From IMG/VR virus record IMGVR_UViG_3300042401_001180: a stretch of 64,000 nt of DNA; one strand, given 5' to 3'. Made by a program: the position numbers and the translations under genes. Within the stretch, counting starts at the first letter, position 1. Every line of letters starts with the position of its first letter. A model generated the notes under the pieces. It was not told the origin of the DNA and did no database searches. It saw only the letters and a program-made list of their open reading frames with translations. This document shows positions 30,001 through 39,968 of this stretch, piece by piece. Source of the stretch: a virus (taxonomy: Duplodnaviria; Heunggongvirae; Uroviricota; Caudoviricetes).

Positions 30001-31122
30001 ATGGCAACTACCGTAATTATTACAGAACCAGAAAGAAGTAGGATGTACAAAAGAATTAGAAATCTTTTGGGTGCCCCTCTACGTTCAGTAGAATTAGAGG
30101 ACGAACAACTTGATTCCCTTTTAGAACTTTCAATCGAAGACTACGAACAGGCGGTTCAAGATTGGTTAATAGAGTCCCAATGGGCATCTGTTGCTGGATT
30201 AAATGTTGAGGAACAATCAATAGCGAGAGCTCTTACAACGAAAGACATGAATTGGGAAACACAATACACCTACGCATATTCAAAGATAGTTGGATTACAG
30301 GCTGGAGGTGATTGGGTTTTAAAAAAAGACTACATAGAATTAGTACCAAACCAACAAATATACGAAATACCTACTTGTAGAGAAGTTAATGAACTTTTAT
30401 GGTTTAGCCGATCAGAATTAGACGCTGCGTACTTCGATCCTTTTATGGGTGGTTTTGGTGGTATGGGTGGTGTTGGTTTAGGTGGTGGTGCGGGATTTTC
30501 ACAAATGGGAAATTCGGGTAACTATTTTGTAACATCAGCATTTGATATTCTTTTAAGAATGTCTGACATAAATATTAAAAAAAGAATTATAACAGGAGAT
30601 TTAACCTACAGAATAACAGCATTACCTGAAGGTAAAAAGGCGTTACATCTTTATAACGTTCCTGGAGGTAAATTTGATTTTGGTACTATAAAAAATAAAG
30701 GATACAAAGTTTGGTATTGGTATTACGAAACTTGTGATAGAGAGGATTGTTTGGCTAATAATCCTGACGTTATACGACTACCCTCCGATGTTTCGGTTGA
30801 AAGATTGAGATGGGATAAATTAAATTATCCTGCACAAACTTGGGTTAGAAGATGGTTTACGGCTTATTGTAAAGAAACGTTAGCAAGGGTTCGTGGTAAA
30901 TTTAGTGGTAACTTAAAAACTCCCGACTCAGAACTAACCTTAGAATACCAAAGTTTACAAACTGAAGCCAAAGACGAAAAGACAATGTTACAAGAAGAAT
31001 TAAAAAACCGACTTGAAAGGATGCGTCCTGAAAAACTTATGGAGGCAAAAGCATTACAAGCAGAAAATCTTAATAAATTATTAAAATTCAGAGCATTCAC
31101 AAGCCCTTATAACGTAATATAA
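30001..31122 (+). CDS. Neck / head-tail adaptor protein (gp13-like)
   Basis: LLGAPLRSVELEDEQL N-terminus and WVRRWFTAYCKETLARVRGKF C-terminus match T4 gp13-like proteins. Confidence 0.75.
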   Translation: MATTVIITEPERSRMYKRIRNLLGAPLRSVELEDEQLDSLLELSIEDYEQAVQDWLIESQWASVAGLNVEEQSIARALTTKDMNWETQYTYAYSKIVGLQAGGDWVLKKDYIELVPNQQIYEIPTCREVNELLWFSRSELDAAYFDPFMGGFGGMGGVGLGGGAGFSQMGNSGNYFVTSAFDILLRMSDINIKKRIITGDLTYRITALPEGKKALHLYNVPGGKFDFGTIKNKGYKVWYWYYETCDREDCLANNPDVIRLPSDVSVERLRWDKLNYPAQTWVRRWFTAYCKETLARVRGKFSGNLKTPDSELTLEYQSLQTEAKDEKTMLQEELKNRLERMRPEKLMEAKALQAENLNKLLKFRAFTSPYNVI

Positions 31123-31126
31123 TTTT

Positions 31127-31459
31127 ATGGCAATATTTAAATCACAACCATCGAAAAGAATAATAAATGGAAACGAAATTATAACATCAGATTCTTCCGT
31201 TGTTACAAATAAAGTTTACAAAACTGATGGTGAGTATGTTATAGTCATAAAGGATGTTGATTTTTGTGAACTAACATTAGACGAAAATACTACGGACCAC
31301 GTAGTAATAAAATCATTAACACATGTTTTAGTTAAAACAGATAAACTAATAGATGGTGAATATAATGAAGTTGAACTCGACAAAGGTTCTTGTGTCGAGT
31401 TCAAATTTATTGGGGGTGATTGGTATATTCTTTCTTCTGACGGATTAAAAAACTCTTAG
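31127..31459 (+). CDS. Hypothetical beta-rich protein, possibly structural
   Basis: 110 aa ORF ending FIGGDWYIL, co-oriented with the neck gene. Confidence 0.6.
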   Translation: MAIFKSQPSKRIINGNEIITSDSSVVTNKVYKTDGEYVIVIKDVDFCELTLDENTTDHVVIKSLTHVLVKTDKLIDGEYNEVELDKGSCVEFKFIGGDWYILSSDGLKNS

Positions 31460-34356
31460 TCAAAGATGTGAGTCATTAAGTCTCCATCTACATCATACTC
31501 AAAGAAATCATCTTCATCAACTTTATCAACTCTTTTGGTTTCAATCATTAATTTATTATTATGATTAACTCTATCCATATCCACTAAATCAATAGTATTA
31601 TCTATATACATATAGTACGGATCAATACCTACAGATTGCCAAAAACTAATCTCCATATCCGATAAGGTTAAAACCTCATCTAAATTATCTTGATCCTTTT
31701 CTTTCATCGGGAACCCTCTACCCATAACTGTTTGTGTTTTAGTAAATATTGGCATATCTTTAGGATCCTCAATTAAAATGTCATTTCTAATCTCAGGACT
31801 ATACACTACAAGTAACGGTTCAATTCTTTTATTAAATGCCGCCAAATATCTTGGTACGTTGTATTCACCTAACAAGTCAGGGTCGTTTTCAATTTCTTTT
31901 TCATCAATCATATAACAATTCAAAATCACCTCACTTTTCGATAACATTTCAGGTGGTACCGCTCCGTGAATGTTTGTGTAATCTTCTATTTGTTTTTTTG
32001 TCATTTTGGTTGTTTTTCTTTGAACGTCACCGTGAGATTTCTTTTCACCATTATTAACATAATATATTGTATCACCTAATCCAGGATTTTTCCCATTATT
32101 AATTAAAAGTTCCATATGTGCCTGTCTTGACATTAGACTTCCTGACTTTGTTGTTTTTTTTACGTGAACCTTATAATCATCTATTGATTGTTTAACACGA
32201 GCCTTATTTGCTATCTTCGCTAAAGGAATTTCTTTATTGTAAATTTTATTAACATATTCGTAATAGAAATCTAAGAACTCACCACCCTTACCATCAAGTA
32301 ACATTCTTAACCCTTTATCCAAAAATTCAGCAACGTAGGTTTGGAGTTTTTTAGATTTAATAGAGTTACCTGTAAGTTTAACTTTACCTTTATCTGTAAG
32401 TAATGCGTAGTTCTTACGAGCCACGTTAATGGTTGCCGGCCACACACCGTCAATATCAAGACCCATTTCGTTTCTCATAAACAAATCATTGTACTCTGCA
32501 ACATCAGCTTCTGCCCCCACATATTCTTTACCCTCCTTAACCAAACCATTTAACCCTTTACCGATATACGTATATGATTCTATTTCTTTAGGGGTTTCAA
32601 AGTTGACGCCATCCGTGTCCATAACCAAAGGAACATACCCTCTACCCATAAAATACATAATCATCTGACGAAGATACTGTCTACCTGTACAAGTTATCTG
32701 TTCACCCATATCAATATCACCCCAAGGAAATACGTGAGGAGCGGATAACGAACCAAAGAATGCGTTGATGAATATTTTAATTGGTAACTGTTTTCTATCG
32801 TATGAAATTGATGCTTTTAAGTCTATTGATTTATATTCACCAGCCAAGTTTTTATATTTAATACGAGTATCACGGAAATACTTTAACATACTCTTCATCG
32901 CACCTGTAACATCACACGCAGGGAAAACATCGTGAACCAACTGAATAGATGGATATAGTGATGAGTAGTCAAGTTTCAATACGTTTCTTGAATAACCAAC
33001 CTGAACCAAACGAGAAAGTCCCCCTGTGAATTTTCTTTTTTCTTTCTTTCTAGGTAATGCTAAATTGTTTTTATAAGACCAAGCACACATAATCATTTTC
33101 CAAAGTGTTGCTGTACCCATTGTTGAAAGTCTTTCGTATGTTGTTGGTACAAGTTTAGAAAGTAGGAAGTTTGCTTGATTAAACTGTTCGTCAACAATCA
33201 TAGTTTCATATAAGTCATCATCAAGATAATCCTCAATTATTTTTGAACCATTAGTTTTAAAATAAACATCATCTCTTCTTGAACATATCTCATCTATTTT
33301 TTCATTGATTCCAACCTTTTTATAATTACCGTTTTCTTTATTCATCCAGTAATCCTCATTGTCAAAATAAATTTTACCGATTTTATCTCCATCGACATAA
33401 ACACGATTTTCTTTTTCTGCTTCAATAAATTTGGTAATATACTTCAAAGACCAACTTTTAATGTCTGAGTTGATTGCCTGAGCTCTACGAACTGCATGAG
33501 CAATATCAATAATATTGTAACCCCACATCTGAGTTTGAACATAAGGCTCCATTTCGTTTGCTAATTTTAGCATTCCGTCTTTTTGTTTTAAAGAGTAATC
33601 AGGATTTAAAGTTTTTGCAATTTTTTTAATGTTTAATTTTAAAATTTCTGCACGTTTTAAAATAAACGGGAAATCAAAGAATGCTGAGTTGTACCCACCG
33701 ACAAGGGATGGTTTAAGTTGGTCTATAGTTTCAAAAAACTCAATAATCATTCGTCTCTCTTCATCTTCATTTTGTGCCGATAAAGATTTCATAAAACCAC
33801 GATTGTCTTTCATCCCTATCAAGAACATTTTACTTGTTTTGGGGTCTAAACCTGTGGTTTCAATATCAAATACAAACCTGTGAATTTCATCGTATTCGTC
33901 AAATCCTTTAAATAGTCTTTTACTTTTTTGGATGAGGTACTGCTCTACCGGTGTCATAATGGTAATTGCGTCTGAGTTATCTCTATTCCAAGGATCTAAA
34001 CCACCACCTTTAAAAAAGTTTACAAGGTTTGAGTAAGACTTTGTTGTTTTAACTAAAAAGGTTAATCCGTTTTTTAATCTTTCATCTCCCCTGTCCTCTA
34101 ATTTTTCTATGATGATGCCGTTTTCAGACATTGCTTTCTTTTGAAACTCCTTATTACCTTTATAGAAGTTTTTATCTTTAAGATCACCAACCCAAGCAAA
34201 TGGGATAAATGTATCCATTCTCAAAAGTTTTCCCTTGATTGGATCTTGTATTACCTTGAAAATTTTATCTGATCTGTAATCGTATTCTAATGCGACAATA
34301 TATTTCTCGTCGTCTTCGCCATGTAAAAAGCGTTCAATTTCTTCTTGTGGAACCAT
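31456..34356 (-). CDS. Family B DNA polymerase
   Basis: Exonuclease motifs FDIETTG, GYNSAFFD, YLDDD. Polymerase motifs DYSSLYPS, KQLPIKIFINAFFG, MDTDG, KNYA. Confidence 0.95.
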   Translation of the reverse strand: MVPQEEIERFLHGEDDEKYIVALEYDYRSDKIFKVIQDPIKGKLLRMDTFIPFAWVGDLKDKNFYKGNKEFQKKAMSENGIIIEKLEDRGDERLKNGLTFLVKTTKSYSNLVNFFKGGGLDPWNRDNSDAITIMTPVEQYLIQKSKRLFKGFDEYDEIHRFVFDIETTGLDPKTSKMFLIGMKDNRGFMKSLSAQNEDEERRMIIEFFETIDQLKPSLVGGYNSAFFDFPFILKRAEILKLNIKKIAKTLNPDYSLKQKDGMLKLANEMEPYVQTQMWGYNIIDIAHAVRRAQAINSDIKSWSLKYITKFIEAEKENRVYVDGDKIGKIYFDNEDYWMNKENGNYKKVGINEKIDEICSRRDDVYFKTNGSKIIEDYLDDDLYETMIVDEQFNQANFLLSKLVPTTYERLSTMGTATLWKMIMCAWSYKNNLALPRKKEKRKFTGGLSRLVQVGYSRNVLKLDYSSLYPSIQLVHDVFPACDVTGAMKSMLKYFRDTRIKYKNLAGEYKSIDLKASISYDRKQLPIKIFINAFFGSLSAPHVFPWGDIDMGEQITCTGRQYLRQMIMYFMGRGYVPLVMDTDGVNFETPKEIESYTYIGKGLNGLVKEGKEYVGAEADVAEYNDLFMRNEMGLDIDGVWPATINVARKNYALLTDKGKVKLTGNSIKSKKLQTYVAEFLDKGLRMLLDGKGGEFLDFYYEYVNKIYNKEIPLAKIANKARVKQSIDDYKVHVKKTTKSGSLMSRQAHMELLINNGKNPGLGDTIYYVNNGEKKSHGDVQRKTTKMTKKQIEDYTNIHGAVPPEMLSKSEVILNCYMIDEKEIENDPDLLGEYNVPRYLAAFNKRIEPLLVVYSPEIRNDILIEDPKDMPIFTKTQTVMGRGFPMKEKDQDNLDEVLTLSDMEISFWQSVGIDPYYMYIDNTIDLVDMDRVNHNNKLMIETKRVDKVDEDDFFEYDVDGDLMTHIFD

Positions 34357-34443
34357 ATTTGTATAATTTAAGTTTGGGTTATTATACTCACAAAATATTT
34401 GTGATTTCCCTTACCTAATAAATACGATTTAGATGGTGAATTG

Positions 34444-34797
34444 TCAAATGATATTGATATATAAATTTTGTACTATTGGAGCAATTAACTCACCGTTTTC
34501 TAATACGATTGAAAATTCTCCGATGAATCTTCCCTTTTTATTTGTGTCTCTTGCCAACCATTTATAGTAGATATAATACTCACGATTAGAATCGGGATTT
34601 GTTCTTGTTTTTTCTGTTATGTATGCTGGTCGCATAAATATTTTTTGAATTCCGTTATCTTCACTTTTCATTGAAAATCGGATGTTTGCATTATCTAAAA
34701 TTTCATAAAAGTTTTTCCACGAATCAGTTCTTCCGTCTTTTATAACGTCCATTTTTAAAATGGGTAAACTTGCATTTTGTTTTATAAAAAATTCCAT
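34444..34797 (-). CDS. Hypothetical structural protein (BppU N-terminal-like beta sandwich)
   Basis: FFIKQNASLP.L...IYYKW...DT...GRFIGEFSI...LIAP pattern recalls baseplate/fibre adaptor domains. Confidence 0.5.
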   Translation of the reverse strand: MEFFIKQNASLPILKMDVIKDGRTDSWKNFYEILDNANIRFSMKSEDNGIQKIFMRPAYITEKTRTNPDSNREYYIYYKWLARDTNKKGRFIGEFSIVLENGELIAPIVQNLYINII

Positions 34798-34838
34798 ATA
34801 TTAAATATTAACAATCGTATTGACAAGTTATTATACCA

Positions 34839-35879
34839 TTAATAAACATAACTAGTTAACCCACTAAGATATGTGGATGTTAAATCAACCCAAGTACCAC
34901 CAGTTATGTTCGGTGTTAATTTTAAAAATTCATCTATTTGAGCATATGCTTGATATCCGTAATCGGTATTAATAAAATTACCACTACAAAAATATACATC
35001 ATTAATTGTATGTGCACTAACTATAGCATTTAAATTATTATAAATAAAATCTCTGGCATTTTGTGTTATTGCCGATGTTGCAGTAACCATTTGTTGTCCT
35101 GATGTTTGACCTGTAAGTGTACTTTTAAAGGGCCAAACAATTTCCAATAACTTATAGAATTCATAATCGTTTGATCCTGAGTAACTACTAATTTGAGGTG
35201 CCGAGGTTAACCCTGTAACCGTATCAATTGCTCCTCTAACCGCTCCACAAGTACTTGAAGGAAACGCCTGACCTTTACGATATATTTCACCAACACCACC
35301 AGAAAAAGAAATACCAATGTGAGGTGTACTTGAAATAAATAAAGTACCTCCCGATGTTACGTGACTTGCCCATGCATTTAAACCTGCGGTACCAACAAAA
35401 GGAAACCCCGCCAATCCACCAGACATAAATGGACCTAAAAACACATTCATTGTTGACGGGAAATTACCAATGTTTTGTATTCCCGGAAATGATGGTGCAT
35501 CAACATCATCGGAACATATACCTTCAGCATAAACAATATCATTAACATTAGTCCCTGTAGTTACAGGATACCCTTCAGACGCTAAAAAATTAACGGTATA
35601 TGACCCCCATTTTTCAACAAGTGTAGCTCCTGTGTATGTAATGTTTACGGTATTGGTATATGCGGATTGTTGAGGTGCCGGTAATGGAATAGTAAGACTA
35701 TACGTGTAATTATAATCATTTATTAAAATTTGATACTCACCATATGGGTATTCTGTCAAGTAATTAAAAGGTAATGTTTTTGTACCTAAATTAATTGTTC
35801 CCCCTGACACGGGTAAAAAAGTGACACTTCCGGTTTTACCGACTAAATTATTACTTGAAATTCTTGTTCCTATTGCCAT
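34839..35879 (-). CDS. LCIB/LCIC-type beta-carbonic anhydrase domain fused to a small N-terminal beta-rich domain
   Basis: ICSDD...FMSGGLAGFPFVGTAGLNAWASHV...TPHIGIS.SGGVGEIYRKGQ...STCGAV matches the LCIB family pattern, including the Cys/His/Cys zinc triad. Confidence 0.78.
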   Translation of the reverse strand: MAIGTRISSNNLVGKTGSVTFLPVSGGTINLGTKTLPFNYLTEYPYGEYQILINDYNYTYSLTIPLPAPQQSAYTNTVNITYTGATLVEKWGSYTVNFLASEGYPVTTGTNVNDIVYAEGICSDDVDAPSFPGIQNIGNFPSTMNVFLGPFMSGGLAGFPFVGTAGLNAWASHVTSGGTLFISSTPHIGISFSGGVGEIYRKGQAFPSSTCGAVRGAIDTVTGLTSAPQISSYSGSNDYEFYKLLEIVWPFKSTLTGQTSGQQMVTATSAITQNARDFIYNNLNAIVSAHTINDVYFCSGNFINTDYGYQAYAQIDEFLKLTPNITGGTWVDLTSTYLSGLTSYVY

Positions 35880-35921
35880 ATCTAATATTTTTATTTAATA
35901 AATATCATCATGTTTATAAGT

Positions 35922-38042
35922 TTATATTAAAAATGAATAATTAGTATCATTAAATGGTAAATACAAATAAATTAAACCATTATTTGGTATGGTAGTATTA
36001 TATAAATTATTGTTTGGTATATTTGAGTAGGCTAAAGAATTATCAAGTAATGGTGAATAATATAAATTATTGTTTGGTATAGTTGAGTAAGTTAAAGAAT
36101 TATCGTTTAACGGAGTATAAAATAAATTATTATTTGGTATCATTTGATAATTAAAAGAATATAGGGGTAAGCAATCAGGACACCAAAAATCAAATAGATT
36201 AAATTTGTTTTTTAATACCCTAAAGTTATGTTGCACTTGTGGAGAACTTAAAGGTTCAACATACATTCTAAATTGCGATATACCACCCATAAAAGTCCCA
36301 CCAAAATTTTGTTCCAATAAAATGTTTGTTGATAGTCCTGAAAGTGTTGTTGCTGATAAAATATTATTTGGGAATAATTCAGGATCTTGAGTGTAAGGAC
36401 CATTTGGTAATGAACAACCTGAAAAAATCAAATGGTCGTGTAGCCCTTGTGTCCCACCACCAAACGATAAGTTAAAAGGTACCCCTACTTGTTTTTCTTT
36501 TTCTGTATTTAATTCTCTCGGTATGATCTCTTCAAAGTCTTCTATAACTAAAAACAAATAACCATTAACATATAGTTTTAATGTTCCTAACCTATAATCT
36601 AATTCATCAAACCATTTCCTATCAAAACGTATTTTGTGAATTTTTCTTTCGGGTGTTGATCCTGGATGTGTTTCAGGAGGAGATATTAAATTTATTGATC
36701 TACCATCTATTGATGATTGTGTCGTAATAACTCTTAAATCATTTAACCCACCAAGATTTAATAAATCACACTCTTCTATTGTTTTATATCTTTCAAAGAC
36801 CGCACTTATCATTACCCATCTTTCCTCATCGGTATCACCACACTCTAAATTACAAATATCATAAATTGGTGGTGTACAATATTCACTAATTGTATAACCT
36901 GTTTGAAATGTTACTCCCGTTGTTTCACAATACCCTGTAGTTACACAATCACCAGTTATTTTGATGTATCTAACACAAAGACTTGGATTTTCAGGACAAC
37001 CACTAAACTTTAACGACATCGCATTAGATAAAACGTCAAATTTTGGGTCTGTTTCTGGCAGCGGTACGTTTACTGTACTCACACAACCACAATTACAAGA
37101 ATTATCGTGTATGGTTTTAGAGCCAGTATCGGGATATACTTTCACACAATCAGAATTTGTAACGGCAGTATTAGAACAACCACATGTTTCAATACAACTT
37201 AAATCCCCTGTAACCCTTGTATATCCGCTATCTGACTGTGGAGAACCTGTTGCACTATGATAAAATTTATTTTCAGCCCTTGTACCGAAGTAAAAAAAAG
37301 TACCCGCATTAGAGGGGTATTTGTCGTTCAAGTACTCTTGAGTTGCACTATTAATAAAATATTCGTCCGTTATTCTAGGTTTTAAAACCATTTCGGCAGT
37401 CCACCCTTTATTTACCCTTTCAGGAAAAACTTCGTAATCATATCCATTTAATTTATAAAACCCTTGATAAAATCCTCCATAAAGTTCTTGATAATAACCA
37501 ATAGTGTCCGCACTTTTTGAAACAATGTTATATATAGTTTCTTTAGGTCTTCCTGAAAATCTTACGTTTGGCGAATTTACCAAACTTCTAACGGGATGCA
37601 TTTTGAACCTACTATCTCTATAATGTGGATTAAATTTGTAGTTATCGTCAATACCTTTAATATAATATAATGTTTGTCCCGTTAGTCCTGTAAATAATCC
37701 GTTATCAGTAGCAACTAAACCCACGTCACAAATTCCTGTGTATGCAGTATAACAACTAAAATCTAAATTTTTTGGGTTATAATGGTTAGAAGAAACTAAA
37801 GTATTAGACGGTATGTAATCCCCAAAAGCTATATTTGATTGTAAAGTATTACCTGAATTGTCTAATTGTATTGATATGGGAAGTCTGTTTCCATCATTAA
37901 TACCAATAACGTGTGTTGAAAAAACAACTTCTTCATCATAGTCCCTCTCATCTGAAGCCAAAGTTAAATCAAAATATTGTCCATAATTCAATTTTGATTG
38001 GTATCTTGGGTAATAATAACTATTTAAATTCTGACTAGGCAT
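35922..38042 (-). CDS. Cys-rich putative virion protein with a LamG/ConA-like region and C-terminal 20-aa repeats
   Basis: LKLYVNG...SFGGG...FMGGISQFRMY.EPLS..QV..N is LamG-like. IPNNNL.Y.PL.DNSL.YS repeats lie near 35970-36140. Confidence 0.6.
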   Translation of the reverse strand: MPSQNLNSYYYPRYQSKLNYGQYFDLTLASDERDYDEEVVFSTHVIGINDGNRLPISIQLDNSGNTLQSNIAFGDYIPSNTLVSSNHYNPKNLDFSCYTAYTGICDVGLVATDNGLFTGLTGQTLYYIKGIDDNYKFNPHYRDSRFKMHPVRSLVNSPNVRFSGRPKETIYNIVSKSADTIGYYQELYGGFYQGFYKLNGYDYEVFPERVNKGWTAEMVLKPRITDEYFINSATQEYLNDKYPSNAGTFFYFGTRAENKFYHSATGSPQSDSGYTRVTGDLSCIETCGCSNTAVTNSDCVKVYPDTGSKTIHDNSCNCGCVSTVNVPLPETDPKFDVLSNAMSLKFSGCPENPSLCVRYIKITGDCVTTGYCETTGVTFQTGYTISEYCTPPIYDICNLECGDTDEERWVMISAVFERYKTIEECDLLNLGGLNDLRVITTQSSIDGRSINLISPPETHPGSTPERKIHKIRFDRKWFDELDYRLGTLKLYVNGYLFLVIEDFEEIIPRELNTEKEKQVGVPFNLSFGGGTQGLHDHLIFSGCSLPNGPYTQDPELFPNNILSATTLSGLSTNILLEQNFGGTFMGGISQFRMYVEPLSSPQVQHNFRVLKNKFNLFDFWCPDCLPLYSFNYQMIPNNNLFYTPLNDNSLTYSTIPNNNLYYSPLLDNSLAYSNIPNNNLYNTTIPNNGLIYLYLPFNDTNYSFLI

Positions 38043-38053
38043 TCTTTTTTAAG

Positions 38054-38079
38054 ATAAATACTTTGTTGTGAGTATTTAT
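38054..38079. promoter_or_regulatory. Back-to-back divergent late-gene motifs (TATTTAT on each coding strand)
   Basis: ATAAATAC-tttgttgtga-GTATTTAT between the divergent genes starting at 38042 and 38094. The same motif precedes about 14 genes. Confidence 0.7.
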
Positions 38080-38093
38080 AGGTAAAAGAGTTT

Positions 38094-38837
38094 ATGAAAT
38101 CATACAAATTCTCAACTAAAGAACGTGCAGAAAGGGTTGCTAAAACATTAGGATGTACGGGCACACACTACCACAACGAAGATGGAGATAGAAAATATAT
38201 GCCATGTAAGTCGCACGAAATATTTAAAACAAAAACAAAAAAAGAAACTAAAGGTAAAGAAGAAGAAGTAACAGAACTTGTCGATGCTGATGGTACATGG
38301 ATGTCATCAAGTATTCCAATATTAGATCCAGCATCAAGTATGCAAGGTTCAACAACAATGGATAAAATTATTGGTATGGCTAGAAACCCAAGAGATGTGT
38401 TTTTAAGGGGTAGACATTACGGTGAGAGTAAATTAGCTGAGGAGGATATGGGTGACGCATTTGGATTTGAAGATACTATGTTTTTAAACTACGATGAAAC
38501 TGTAGAATACTTTCAAAAAAAATTAGGATTAGAAAAAGAGGCATCAATTGAAAGAACCGTACAACAAGGTAAAAAACCAAACTTAATTAAAAGAGCCCCT
38601 AAAAAAATTAAAAATAAGAAGAACTTTATTGATAGATTAATTTTAAAAGAAAAGGGTATTGATGAGAATGAAGACATAATTGAGGATAAATTATTAACAA
38701 ATAAAGATAATGAAGCGGAACTTAATGATGAAATGTCAAATATTTTAAAAAAGAATGTTTCTTCATTAAAAAGTATGGCAAAAAAACAAGGTATGTCAAT
38801 AAACCAACTAATTAAGTTAATTCAAGATGAACAGTGA
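38094..38837 (+). CDS. Hypothetical protein with an N-terminal DUF3721-like (LGC.G.H...MPC) domain
   Basis: AERVAKTLGCTGTHYH...YMPCKSHE. Confidence 0.6.
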   Translation: MKSYKFSTKERAERVAKTLGCTGTHYHNEDGDRKYMPCKSHEIFKTKTKKETKGKEEEVTELVDADGTWMSSSIPILDPASSMQGSTTMDKIIGMARNPRDVFLRGRHYGESKLAEEDMGDAFGFEDTMFLNYDETVEYFQKKLGLEKEASIERTVQQGKKPNLIKRAPKKIKNKKNFIDRLILKEKGIDENEDIIEDKLLTNKDNEAELNDEMSNILKKNVSSLKSMAKKQGMSINQLIKLIQDEQ

Positions 38838-39279
38838 TTTATATAATAATACTGCGGTTTTACCTGACACATTATTAAAACATTTAGGTGATTGTTTTAA
38901 TTCAGTACAGGCGGACACAAATATTGAGGGGTATAATAGAAATCAAGAATTAAGACAAAGTAAAAACGCAACATATCAGCAAATTAAAAGAATAAAGAGT
39001 TGGTTTGATGGGTATGGTGGTAATAAAGAAGACGCTCCATTTATATTAAACGGTGGTGATAGAATGAAAAATTGGTGTGACGAGGTATTAAATGTTTGGA
39101 GATCAAATGTTGAGGGAGGCAAAAAAATAAAAAGTGATACGGGTATGCAAAACCAATACATTGATAACCACGAAAAAAATAGTTTTAATTTAAATGATAA
39201 ACACTCATCTACGGTAGATGATTTATCGGTTAACGAGGAACTAAAAAAAATAAATAAACTAATGAAAAAAATAATATAA
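38827..39279 (+). CDS. Hypothetical protein
   Basis: 150 aa ORF overlapping both neighbours. Confidence 0.65.
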   Translation: MNSDLYNNTAVLPDTLLKHLGDCFNSVQADTNIEGYNRNQELRQSKNATYQQIKRIKSWFDGYGGNKEDAPFILNGGDRMKNWCDEVLNVWRSNVEGGKKIKSDTGMQNQYIDNHEKNSFNLNDKHSSTVDDLSVNEELKKINKLMKKII

Positions 39280-39569
39280 TGCCAATAGAATCAGACAAAT
39301 TAGATTTCAGTCAACCTGATAATAAATTATCACAAATAGCTGAAGAACAAAGAAAAAAAATGTTTGCAAGAAACGACTTCAAAGATGAGAATCAATACTC
39401 GACAGTTCATCCTGACGCGTTGGCAACGGGAGATAAAATGGGAAGAGGTACTGGCGATCTTGATATACATAATCAAAAGGTGGGAACGTCTACAGATATT
39501 TTTGAAAGAAAGGACGATTTAAAAATAAATAAATATTCAACAAATAACCCATACTATTTAGTTAAATGA
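39279..39569 (+). CDS. Hypothetical protein
   Basis: 96 aa ORF, translationally coupled to the upstream gene (TAATG). Confidence 0.65.
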   Translation: MPIESDKLDFSQPDNKLSQIAEEQRKKMFARNDFKDENQYSTVHPDALATGDKMGRGTGDLDIHNQKVGTSTDIFERKDDLKINKYSTNNPYYLVK

Positions 39570-39967
39570 AACTCTTAAAAAGTTTAAAAAATATTATTTC
39601 TGAGGCGGCTTCAATATCTGATATTCAAGACTCCATTAAAAATAAAAAAGTGGTAATAATCTATTATGATGGTGATGACAATGGGGGTAAGGGATATAGA
39701 ACAATAGAGCCTGTTTGTTTTGGGCTTAGTAAAAAAGGTAATCAAGTTCTAAGGGCTTGGGAAACTGAAGGGGCTTCTTGGTCAGAAAAAAATGAAGGTA
39801 ATTATTTACCGGGTTGGAGATTTTTTAGGACCGATAAAATCTTTACTTACAAACCTACCCTTGATAACTTTAGTGAGGTTAGACCTAATTATAACCCAAA
39901 TGGTGATAGGTCAATGGAAAGAGTATTCATAAACGCAAACTTTAACGACGAAGAAAATATAACATAA
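39566..39967 (+). CDS. Stand-alone WYL-like domain protein
   Basis: IKNKKVVIIYY...RTIEPVCFG...LRAW...WRFFRTDKI matches the WYL SH3-like fold pattern. Confidence 0.7.
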   Translation: MKLLKSLKNIISEAASISDIQDSIKNKKVVIIYYDGDDNGGKGYRTIEPVCFGLSKKGNQVLRAWETEGASWSEKNEGNYLPGWRFFRTDKIFTYKPTLDNFSEVRPNYNPNGDRSMERVFINANFNDEENIT

Positions 39968-39968
39968 T

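Noticed and set aside
27467-34356. Inteins or introns in the helicase or polymerase
   Set aside because: Motif spacing looks normal, with no C/S...HN splice junctions or homing endonuclease motifs seen.
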